From positions 15,624,001 through 15,688,000 of the forward strand of contig OU015567.1 in the NCBI GenBank assembly GCA_907165135.1: a stretch of DNA of 64,000 bases, written 5' to 3'. The position numbers and the translations under genes are program-made. The stretch's first letter is position 1. Each line of letters starts with the position of its first letter. Origin of the DNA: Oikopleura dioica. Its lineage: Eukaryota > Animalia > Chordata. This document shows, piece by piece, positions 24,629 to 35,324 of the stretch. The notes below the pieces were generated by a model, which did no database searches, was not told where the DNA came from, and saw nothing but the letters and a program-made list of their open reading frames with translations.

Positions 24629-25485
24629 GGCAGCGCCTGTTTTGCCCAAATTCCCGGATCGCCCACATCCCGGATCGCCCATTTTCCTGGATCGCCCATT
24701 GTGGGCAAAACGGGAAAATGTGCGGAACGGGATTTGTGTGCAAACCAGGATTTGCAATTGTAAATTTGAAATTTGATAATCGATCGAAATTGATCTTTGG
24801 AAATCGGACATTCCAAAGAAGATTTGACCGAGTTATGATTTTATTTGAAAGAAGAAAAGATATAATACTCAGGCAGGGGTCTAATTATCAGCCAAAAACC
24901 CGGTGCGAAAGCTAAACATATTTTTCAAATTTTTTACGAAGCGAAAGCGAAGCGAATTTGAACTTCCAGTACGCAGCGAAAGCGAAGCGAAAATTTCTTT
25001 AAAATTGCGAAAAAAGCGAAAATTTTTGTAGGTAAAAATTTTTATTTCAAAAATAATAGAATTCATTGGTTTAGAAAAATTTGACACTTATAAAAACGTC
25101 GATATAAAAGGGTAAGTTCACAAAGGTTTGTGATACATAAGGGGACCATCTCTAACGCCTGAAGGAAAACCCTAAAATGTATTTTTGCGGAATTATAAGA
25201 CCCAAACTAAGGTCCCGAAGCCTCTGAGAGAGTTCAAGCTCTTATCTTTCAAATAAGGTGCTCAGGCCTACTTCGCAATAAAGCGAATTCGCACTGCGAA
25301 TTTAGACCCCTGACTCAGGGATAAAGAGTTCCTTTTCTAATTTTGTAAATCCCGTTCTGCCCAATCCTGAATCGCACATTTTCCTGATTCGCACATTTTC
25401 CCGTTTTGCCCACAATGGGCGATCCAGGAAAATGGGCGATCCGGGATGTGGGCGATCCGGGATTTTGGGCGAAACGGGAGCTGCC
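24629..25485. mobile_element. 857-bp foldback (MULE-like) element with ~100-bp TIRs
   Basis: GGCAGC..GCCCAAATTCCCGGATCGCCCACATCCCGGATCGCCCATTTTCCTGGATCGCCCATTGTGGGCAAAACGGGAAAATGTGCG on the left has its near-perfect reverse complement at the right end. Flanks are AT-rich with an imperfect duplication (taaaaatt/ttaaaatt). Confidence 0.75.
24874..25312. mobile_element. Nested TIR element (CAGGGGTCTAA...TTAGACCCCTG) inside the foldback
   Basis: 11-bp TIR, flanking direct repeat actcagg (24867-24873 and 25313-25319), and internal GCGAA repeats. Confidence 0.65.
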
Positions 25486-25749
25486 TTAAAATTCATTGAT
25501 CATTATACATGTTTTCGAACATTTTTTGTCGAAACTAGACATGTACATATTGTATTTAAATATGAAATTTAAATTTTCATGATTTCATTTTAAATTATCT
25601 CATAAACTTCATTTTTTCCCAAAGTTACAGATTTAATTATCTTTTTTACAATTGGAAAGATACATATTAAAAAATTTTATATCATTTTTCTTTTGCTTTA
25701 AATCGCGTTAAAAGTAGAGCCGCTTGCAATTTTGAGAGACGCGCCGAAA

Positions 25750-27195
25750 ATGTCTGAAAAATCCTCAGATGTCAGCGAAAGTATTTTTTCGGACGAAACA
25801 ATCGTATCTTTTTCATCTTTAGTTGGTAAGAAGATTTATACCGATTGAAAATTTTTGAAACTTCAGAAAAATTACGATCGGAAATGAGAACTGGGTCCGA
25901 TAAAGTCATGGGGGAAGTACAAATGCTGAAGATCACCCTTTCCGATGCGCTTATAGAAAATACTGGTTTTAAAAAACGGATTGCTGAGCTTGAGAATACC
26001 GTTGAAAACCTTGGACTTAAAGTGAACCAGCTAGAAAAATCCCTTGAGGAGAAAATATTAGAAAATGAAATGCAAAAAGCCAATTTTAACACTGTCAACC
26101 AAGTTCAGGCGAATCCGAAGCCAGGGTTTGAAATCTGACAAGCTCACGAGCACGTGAGCACGTAAGTGAGCTCGATAAGCATGCTCACGCGTGCTCATGC
26201 TCACAAAATTTTGGACCCCTCGTGCTCACGCGTGCTCATGCTCACCGATTATAGAGAACAGTCGTGCTCAAGCGAGCTCATGCTCATGAATCTCTGGAAG
26301 GGCAAATTTCGTGCTCATGAGCACGTGAGCACGTGCTCATAGCTCACATTTAGACGTGCTCACAGTCGTAACGACTCAAATTGACAGGTTCAATAAGCGG
26401 TTATAACTAATAAGTCAAACTTGAGGCTGCGCGGGTGGAATTTTTGGGCCGTTCCTTGATTTTTAATTTAAGGAGGTCAATATGGAAAAATTTCAATTTC
26501 CAGATTTCAAACCCTGTCCGAAGCCTGCCAATATTCAGTCGAATTTCGTCTTGCATTTAAAAGAGCTTGAGATTGCTCAAAAATACGGGAATGTTTTATT
26601 ATCTACGTAACAAAGACTTATCATTCTCGATTCTTAAAGCTAAAAAAGTTGTTTTGGTCATTTTACTGACGATGATAAAAGTGAGAAGCACGGTGGAAAA
26701 CAATGGGCTGATAAAACGGCTTTTGAGCTTATGATGAAAGCTTTTCAAAGTGGATTGAAAGAATTTACCCTAAAGGTTGATATTATATATTATTTAAAGA
26801 TCAAAGAAAACCATCATTATTTACAGGTTGCAGCGGATAACAAGAATTTAACTGTTGGAAACACAACACTCAATTATGATAATTGGAAAGCAAAACAATC
26901 TGACGGGACAAGAAAATACATAAAGCGTCTCTCTATTACTCGTGAAGGTCACTGTTTATATGATTACTATTTTATGTTTTATACATGTAACACAATAGAG
27001 TAATGAATTCAAGGGCGAAAACTGAGATTCAAAGCAAGATGCCAGGCTATGAATTCTTTTTCCGGTCTCGAAATGAAAAGATATGATTGGAAAGAAACAG
27101 ATTCTGAAGGTGTTCACGAGCAAATTATTCTTTTCACGGACTGGGAAGACGGAACCAAATGGTATGCAAGATACCATGTCACTTTTATTGAATAA
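25750..27195 (+). CDS. Coiled coil + divergent domain X protein (paralog D0, no kinase), interrupted by a hAT MITE
   Basis: ATG 25750, GT-AG intron, then coiled-coil exon (KKRIAELENTVENLGLKVNQLEK). Downstream: FGHF..ELMMKAFQSGLKEFTLK|VAADNKNL..ITREG|RKLRFKARCQ..WYARYHVTFIE*. This aligns to the family's FGHF..VLKGMAVGLTTFNLK|..YKG|KRVDFKAD..YYVRWNITVLK*, with both introns at the same position and phase. Confidence 0.7.
26122..26516. mobile_element. 395-bp hAT-type MITE in a coding exon
   Basis: Perfect 16-bp TIR CAGGGTTTGAAATCTG / CAGATTTCAAACCCTG and perfect 8-bp TSD TCCGAAGC (26114-26121, 26517-26524). Internal GTGCTCA/TGAGCAC repeats. Confidence 0.95.
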
Positions 27196-27450
27196 ATAGA
27201 AGCTCACATCTTCGCTGTGTATACAGTCTCCTATTTTATTCCAGCTCAAAGATTCCAATAAATCTAAGAATCCAATGCAGTGACAAATCAGAAAACGGCA
27301 TAACACGCAGAAAATGCGCGGCTTCTTTAGCTCAAAAATAAATTGATAAACACGTGTGAGTATTCGCCCTTGAAATTTGCAGCTCAAGAATGGCCCGATA
27401 AACGGCCTCAACAATGCTTCTTTCGATTTTCAGCTTCGAAAAAGTGTGTG

Positions 27451-27600
27451 TTAAATAGGCGGCGTTGACGGCGCAAGAATTCGCGGCTTCTGCGCTTTTC
27501 CGAAATTACTATTGTTAAGGAACTTCAAGCGCGAAATAACGGCGCTCGAAAAAAGGGCGAAAATCGACACTGCGATAATTGCCGGGGCCGAGCAGCTCCG
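27451..27600 (-). CDS. Possible terminal exon: hydrophobic helix + short tail
   Basis: Open frame SCSAPAIIAVSIFALFSSAVISRLKFLNNSNFGKAQKPRILAPSTPPI*. Upstream exons are not resolved. Confidence 0.25.
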   Translation of the reverse strand, partial: RSCSAPAIIAVSIFALFSSAVISRLKFLNNSNFGKAQKPRILAPSTPPI

Positions 27601-28921
27601 TGAAAGTAACAAATTCATCGTGAAACGGATCAGTCACAATTTTACATTTTCGAAGTCATCAAAACAGATTACCCAGGGGGATTTAAGAGACTGCAGATTT
27701 ACTAGTAAGACTCAGTAGAGATGTGCTGAATAAGGGTTTCACCAGCGCATAGGCGCACCCGAGCAAATGTCGTAAACTACATGTCCGCGAGTCCTCGGCA
27801 CAACTCCACTCTCTGATTCTTGACACTCTGATAAAAAGACACCCAAAAGATACTCCTTCTGAAACACTTTACCTTTCGATACACTCTGCTCTCTCCAGAG
27901 ATCAATACAATCAACTGTAAACTATAACGTGTTTGACCATCATGAGGCATGAGCAACTACAGTAGCATAAGGCAACGCCGCCCGGCCAAATATCCAGCAC
28001 ATCATTCAACTTCTATCAGCGACCTGTGTAGAAAACCTGAGTCAGGGTCCTGAAAAAGCAATAATGACAAAGCGGTATAATGACAATGAGAAATTGCTGG
28101 CTATTTTTGTTAAAAAAAGCCGCTACGCAGTTTTTTATTCTTGTTTTCTCAGGATCCTGACTCAGGTTTTAACACGACGAGCTTTTTTTCCGCATTTTCG
28201 GAAGAAAATGGCTGCCTGTAGATTTCCTTTATTTATTCAACCTTGGAAAGCTTCGATCGGTTTGACTTTCTAGTCGACCGCTGGAGTATTGAGTTTTGCG
28301 ATGATCCCCGGAAGTACTCATCATCTAAAAAACGAGGCGTTCCGGATGCGATCCTCCTCTCTAATCGATTCCGCAGACGAAAATGCACTTTCGTGTATAA
28401 ATTTACGGAAATGAACACATAAAAAATCGACTCTCAGAAATATTCTCTCGCGACCGACTAGAATGAATACAGGAAAAAAATTGCGCTGAACTTTGGTTCA
28501 GCTTAAAATTCAGAAAAGGACCAGAAAAAAAGCGGCAGCTGTAGGGCTCGCCAATTATGACGGGGAATGCGATTCGCACCTACCGAGCTGATTTTCGCGC
28601 TTCTTACCCTTTCGCCGCCAAAACGAATTCGCTGACACGTTCATCATTACTTAAATTAATTTTAGCGACTGAGATCGTTGATCAAAAAATGGATATGCAT
28701 CTGGCTAAGGGAATCGGAATTATAATTGAGGAGGAATAAACATATAAGAGTTGAACCGGGTTATTCTCAGAGCTTTCAACACAGGCACACCCACTTTTTA
28801 CAATGATGATCATCTTATTGCTCAGTGGTGATAGAATTTTATGAGTTTTTTGCGAAGCCATTGTAAATAATATTTTAAGCAACAAACATAGAGAAATCGA
28901 ACTAACGAATAACATTCGGAA

Positions 28922-29859
28922 ATGCAAAACGCAGACCAACAATCAATCATTTCTGAGAGCTCTCTAGGAAGTAGCTATTACAAAAATAAGGGCCAGGAGT
29001 CTGGCGAAAACAGCACGAAAATCGACAATTCAATGCTGAACTCGATTTTGGAGAGAATCGAAAATCTGGAAAAGGATAATTCAACTTTCAGAAGGCTTGC
29101 ATTCGATCTGAAAGCTTTGGAGGAAGAAAAAAACGAGTTGAAGGCGAAAAATGAAGAGCTCGAAAAAAAAGTCGCCGAGCTTGAAACATTCAAAGAGAAC
29201 GCGATTCTAGCGAGCAAGGAGCATGATTTTCAAATCGAAGAGGTTCAAAAAACAACTGGAACTTTTTCAGAAGAACTGAAGAAGGAAATTGCAAACCTAA
29301 AACAACTGAAGGAAAAAGCTGAAATCGAAATTATTCGCGATGTTTTCGAATTTCCTGCGAAAAATGGATTCGGCCATTTCTACGAGCTTGATTCTTACAA
29401 CGTCCGACCCCACCACGACGAAGCCGCTGTACGAAGAGTGCTCAAAGGAATGGCGGCGGGACTGACGAACTTCAATTTAAAGGAATTGGATAAAATCGCA
29501 ATTTATTTTTTTTGTTTCTTGTTTCGACGCAATTTTCATCCAAAATAAAGTTTCATTACGGCGAAAATTTAGAAGTGACGGAAGGCGGCTGGAGAATCCG
29601 ACATCAAATGTTCTCCAAAAGCTACGACGGCGACGGCTTCTACAAACTGTGGCTAACATACAACGGTATTGATTGTTGAACTTTAGATTATTATTTTTTA
29701 GGAAAACGCGTCGACTTTCAAGCCGACGCGGACGATATTGACAGTGTAGATGGGACGAGCTACAACTCGGCGAAGAAATTGACGCCGGATTCAAGCGGAA
29801 TGGTCAAAGTCAAAGGAAATTGTGCTTTTGTCCGCTGGAATATTACAATTTTGAAATAA
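28922..29859 (+). CDS. Coiled coil + domain X protein (paralog A, no kinase), 3 exons
   Basis: Long coiled-coil exon ending TNFNLK, GA-AG intron 29483-29550, exon FHYGENLEVTEGGW..WLTYNG, GT-AG intron, then KRVDFQADAD..FVRWNITILK*. Confidence 0.85.
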
Positions 29860-30199
29860 TTCTGAACACTTTCTTGCTCGAAAATTTAAATTATTCAAAA
29901 AAAAAATAATAAATAGCGTCTTTTTTGTGGATTAAAACTGTTTTTAAATATTCTTCGCGGCTTTTCATTTTTGATCTTTCAGACCCTGACTCAGGTTTTC
30001 TACTCAGGTTGCCGAGCCCAGAATATTAGAGTTCCAATAACTATTTACTTAATTCTCCGCAGCTCGAAATTCTGTTGACATTCGATTGTTTGCAATGGTA
30101 GTTGGTGGATTATTTACTTTAGCAATAAGAGCTCAGAAAAACTCAATTTGCAATTGAAAAATTAGAGATCGAGAAAAAAAAAACTAGAATCTTTCGACA

Positions 30200-31163
30200 A
30201 TGCAAAACGCTGACCAAATGTCTGAGAGCTCGATTGGAAGTAGCAACTACAAAAACAAGGGCAAGGATTCTGGCGAGAACAACGCAAAGATCGACAATTC
30301 AATGCTGAACTCGATTTTGAAGAGACTTGAACAGCTTGAAAATGACAATGCGACTTTCCGAAGCTTGGCATTTGATGTGAAAACTTTGGAGAAAGAGAAA
30401 AATGAATTGAAGGCGAAAAATGAACGGCTGGAAAAAAGAGTCGTAGAACTTGAATCATTCAAAGAAACCGCGATTTTAGCGAGCAAGGAGCGCGATTTTC
30501 AAATCAAAGAGGTTCAGAAAACAACTGGAGCTTTTTCAAAAGAACTGAAGGAGGAAATTTCAAACCTAAAACAACTGAAGGAACAAGCTGAAAAGGGCAT
30601 TGACGAATTGAAAAAATCTGGTGCTGAAATCGAAGTTTTTCGCGATGTTTTTGAATTTCCAGCGAAAAATGGATTCGGCCATTTCTACGGCAGAGACCAT
30701 GTTTTAGACCGAACTCACCACTCTGAAGAAGCAGTCCGACGAGTGCTGAAAGGAATGGCTGTGGGACTAACGACTTTCAATTTAAAGGAATTGGACAAAA
30801 TCGCATTTTTTGATTTTGATTTTTGTTTCCACGCGATTTTCATCCAAAATAAAGTTTTTTGTTGGCGAAGATTTAGAAGTGACGGAAATTGGCTTGATAA
30901 TGCGACTTCAATCGCAGAGCAATTTCAACGGCGGCGACGGCTTCTGGAAGATGTGGATCACTTACAAAGGTATTGATTTTTGAAATTCAGATTTTTATTT
31001 TTTAGGAAAACGCGTCGACTTTAAGGCCGACGCGGACAATATTGACTATCATGATGGGAAGAGCTACAACTCGGCGAAGAAGTTGACGCCAGATTCAAGC
31101 GGGATGGTCAAATTCAAAGGAGAAAGATATTATGTCCGCTGGAATATTACCGTTTTGAAATAA
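30200..31163 (+). CDS. Coiled coil + domain X protein (paralog B, tandem duplicate of A), 3 exons
   Basis: Colinear with A. GA-AG intron 30788-30854. Ends YYVRWNITVLK*. About 90 bp of 3' flank are shared with A. Confidence 0.85.
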
Positions 31164-32980
31164 TTCTGTACACTTTCTTGCTCGAAAATTTTAATAAATC
31201 AAAAAAAAATGGCGTCTTTTTTGTGGATTAAAACCGTTTTATAATATTCACATGCAAGAAGAATGAGTAACTCAATCTTTTATAAGTTCAAAACAAGCGA
31301 TTGCTAGAAACTGCGTCACCCACGTTGCCGTGAAATAGTTCACTTGAGTGGAAATTGATTTTCGCGAAATTAAGGTCGTGTCCTTTAGCTGAAAATTCCA
31401 GCGTAATATCATGTTGTCAGAAACCGCCCATAATAGCCGCTTTTAGAATAATTCCCGGATTAGATTTTGTTGCAAAATCAAAATTGACAATTTTCAAATT
31501 TTCACAACAATTTCAAAGTCAACGCCAAAGCCGCTGAAAGCCGCGTTATGGAAACTTTTCCAAAGACAAAAACGGAAAACCAACGTTTTTTGAATTTTTC
31601 GTTACAGTAAGAGATGATCTAATAAGCAAAAAATAATCCTCTAAAAAGAGCCGTATTTTCGTTTTTCGATATTTTTCTTCCTCAGAAAAAAATATTCTTT
31701 GAAAGCGAGTTCCGACTCTTTTTCGCCTTTGTTATATTTGAACCAGGACGAGGAAAGCTTCCACGAGCCGCTGTTTTCTCAAAAAACAAGCATTTTTTTT
31801 TTAAATTCATAACTGCAACTCTTGCATTTTCGCAATTTAGGGGAATTTGGTCGACAATTTGGACAAAAATTTTGAAAAATCTTTTCTGAAATCTGATTGG
31901 TCAAAAAATTTCTCAAAATTTTGGTCAAAACTGTCGACCGAAAATAGTCGAACTCAGAAAAAAAGGATGACTCGGCCCGAAACGTCATTTTATGCAAATT
32001 TAGTAAAACTGATCAAATGCCACGTTACGAAGGGCAAAGAACTCGATACACTTACTCATGTATTTTTACGTATCTGGAGTAGACGCACCTGGGCCAGGAA
32101 ATAACGAAAGTCGTCAGATTCATGAACTTTTTAGAGTATCTTCGTGGTTTAATGAAAATAATTCAAATTTCGTTGCGCTGCGCAAAACGCTAGAACATCA
32201 GCTGACTACACAGCTGATTCCGTAGTTCCTCACTTTTCCTGATTTTAAGGCCCGCACTCTTTAAAAAAAATCGAGAGAATCTTTGAGTCGGTATGTACCG
32301 CAACTCGCTGGCTGGCGGTACGTTTCCTAGGTATCGCCTTAATCCTCTTTCTTTGGAGCGCCTAACGTGTGATTTTGTGGCAGCTTAGTTTCAATCCCTC
32401 GGGAAATATGGCGGCTTAAAATCTAAACTGGGAGCTCCAGTCGCAAAAACACCAAAACAGTACAGCCCGGCTCGCATTTCTTTAATTTCAAAAAAAAGGA
32501 GGCGACATTGCTTTTCCGGCACCGTGGAAAGAAGCGATTTTAGAGGGTCTAGGGTTTAGCCGATTATTTTCGCGAAATGGGATATTTCAGATCTACAGAT
32601 TAAAGTCATTTTCAGACAGATCTAAGGGTAAATTCTACTTAGAAAGAGCTTCGTAATGATGACTCGATAATAAGGAAATACAGCTAGGGAGCTTTATAAG
32701 GAGATAGATGTCGTTTTAGACGATTTTCAGACTTACTGTCTTTGTCAAAATTGTGACACCCTTTAACTAATAGTTTTGTGCTTTATTTTTTAATAATCCT
32801 GTAATAATTTTTTATTTGGTAAATTTTTGGTTATGTAACTGTCTACTTTTTCTGACTAAAGCGAACTAATAAACCCCGTTCATTAGAATTGCCCTGAACT
32901 TTGCAGAGCATTTCGAACTTTTCGATTTTTATTTGCCAAATCTATCAAAACCAGGTCAGAAATATCATTTCACTTGAACG

Positions 32981-34823
32981 ATGAAAAACTTCAAAATGAC
33001 GTTTTTTGGCCTTTTTTCGGGCATCTTTGCCGTCAACAAAATAAGCAACGAAATAATGAAGGGAGACTGTCCGTAAGTAGAGTTAAATAATTTCCTCTTG
33101 GATGTAGAATGAAGGGATGATTTAATACAAGAAGAATGCAATGGAAATTGTCGGATGGAATTTACGAGATGCCGACTTTTATGTGAGACTGAATATTGTC
33201 TCTCGATTTGCGAAAGAGAATATGACAGTAAGAGAAGGAAACTAACAGGCGTTTTAATTCTTTGAAGCCTGTCTAAATGCGTGCCCGTGTGGAGAAAATT
33301 GCCCAGAAGGGTGCAAAAACTGCGATCATCCGCTTTGCCCAGAAGAAGCCTTTCCGTCTATCATGGTCTTGCTCTACACTGACTACAGCCAGAGTTGCAA
33401 ATTTGTTGAGCTGAGGGAGCTGAGCAGTCGCTCAGCTCAGCTCATTGATTTTCTAAAATGATCTGATCTGCTCAGCTCAGCTCAGCTCAGCTCAATGGTT
33501 TTAACACAATTTAACTACTAATAGAGTAAAAAATACTCAGCCCAGCTCAGCTCAGCTCTTATTAGGGTCTGCTCAGCTCAGCTCAGCTCAACTATTTAAA
33601 AAGGGCAGCTAAGGTCAGCTAAGCTCAGCTCAATGACCATTGAAAACGGGCGGCTCAGCTCAACTCAGGTCGGTGAGCTCCGAAAAAGGCCGACTCAGCT
33701 CAGCTCAGAGAATTTTTCACGCAGGTCAGCTCAGCTCAGCGAAAATAAAGCAAAATTCGCAACTCTGACTACAGCTACTATTACTACAACTACACCTCTT
33801 CTTATTACTACTACGACGATTCAGCACCATTCGTCGACTTGCACAATGCGTTCATCATCAAAGGGGACGGATCTGAAACCGTTCAAGCAACGATTGACGC
33901 TCCAAATGAACAGTTTTTGACGGACGCAAAACATGCGCTCATAAAAGATGTCCTTTATGTTTTTGGCGCGTATCAAAAAATTGACAATTCTTTCGTCAAA
34001 AAAGTCGCGTTTCTTGATGACTGTTCATTTTCTTTTCTCGATCTGGAGCTTACTTTTCCTCCTCATTCCAAAAGCTCTACTCTTACTTTTTCGAGTGGAA
34101 ATGAAGGTAACCTTCAGAATGTTTTAAAAATCATTTTCATTATTAAAAAAAATTCAAGCGCTCATCTGCTTTTCATATTCTCGCTCGAACCCTGAAAATG
34201 CAAAAACTTGCAATTATTTCGACGGGAATGAAGTGAGCATCGCACCGATGACGACGAATGATCATTTGTACGCCGGGCTCGGTTTTTACAATGGTCAGCC
34301 AACGACTGTGGGCAGCTGGCAGTGGGATGCGCCATCTCTTGCACAGGTGGAGATATTGACTGAGTCTGGGTGGATTGAAACTGGAGATCATCCAATGTAA
34401 GCCAAATTAAAAAATTAAATTGAAAGACGGATTCTTCTAGAGCTCTTTATGGCCATTCTCTTATCGGGTTGACCGATGGATCCATGCTTTCAATTGGCGG
34501 ATATGATTCGATCGCAGAAACTGCTGCAACAGACATTTGGCGGCTTAAAAATGACGCCTGGACAATCACTGGAAATCTGAAAAAAGTAAATAAATTTTTT
34601 TACAGAATATTTAAATATTTTTCTATAGAAAGTGTTCTTTGCATCTGCTCTTGAATCAGGGTCCTCGATTTACCTCGTCGCCGGATATGGCTCTGATGCT
34701 CCAATTCAACGAATCGACCTTGAAGAGACCGAAGTTCTTGGCACAAAAGTAATCGGATTTCAACCAGACGAAGGGGTTCAGTATCCCGTTATTATGGAAA
34801 CAACGTTTGATCGATGTGTTTAA
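32981..34823 (+). CDS. Secreted Cys-rich + kelch-like beta-propeller protein, interrupted by a hAT MITE
   Basis: Signal-like start MKNFKMTFFGLFSGIFA. Cys pattern C..C..F.RC...C....C.SIC.R....CLNACPCGENCPEGCKNC....C. Kelch-like GAY, GGY and AGYG motifs with W-ending repeats. Short GT-AG introns; ends FDRCV*. Confidence 0.8.
33390..33767. mobile_element. 378-bp hAT-type MITE in a coding exon
   Basis: TIR CAGAGTTGC(A/G)AATTT and perfect 8-bp TSD ACTACAGC (33382-33389, 33768-33775). Internal (GCTCA)n arrays. Confidence 0.95.
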
Positions 34824-35324
34824 TAATAAATCATTATTGTAAAAATTGGCAGATGATTTTTTTATGTGAAAAAATGTTCCTTGAACTTTATAAGTTGAAC
34901 CAAAGTTGTTTTTTTTTCCGAATAAAAACGCGAGTAACTAAGAACCGTCGTCGAAGGTGAATCTCAACAGTGATGGAATAATGTTGAAATTAACCCCGCT
35001 TCTTGGCGCGCTTATTCGATGCCCAGAAATGGTACCACTGATGACGTTGGACACATGTTCGTGGCGGATCAGTGTAATAGAAACCGTACACGCATGTGAG
35101 TTTACAATCATCATCTACACGCGAGATTGCCCTTCTGTCAGGGAAACAAAGGGCTCAGCCGCTTTCTCATAGAAGAATTTAAAAACTACATTCCAAAGCT
35201 AGAATTTATCGGTCACAAAGATGGAAGAAAATGAGAGCTTTTTGTTTTGCTCCTTGTAAACTGCCATTGGGTTTAAATCATAAAAATAGCGTGTAGAGAA
35301 TGGAAACTGCGTATTAGGATTAAA

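Noticed and set aside
24523-24915. ORFs in the foldback TIR as a transposase fragment
   Set aside because: They derive from the tandem subrepeats. No DDE or hAT dimerisation motif is visible anywhere in the window.
29483-29550. ORF-track tails such as ELDKIAIYFFCFLFRRNFHPK or ELDKIAFF.. as real C-termini
   Set aside because: They are read-through of the GA-AG intron. K1 has a stop there, and splicing restores a conserved downstream frame in all paralogs.
34940-35110. Minus-strand peptide DDCKLTCVYGFYYTDPPRTC.. as an antistasin-like exon
   Set aside because: Only three cysteines and no supported upstream exon. Too weak to call.
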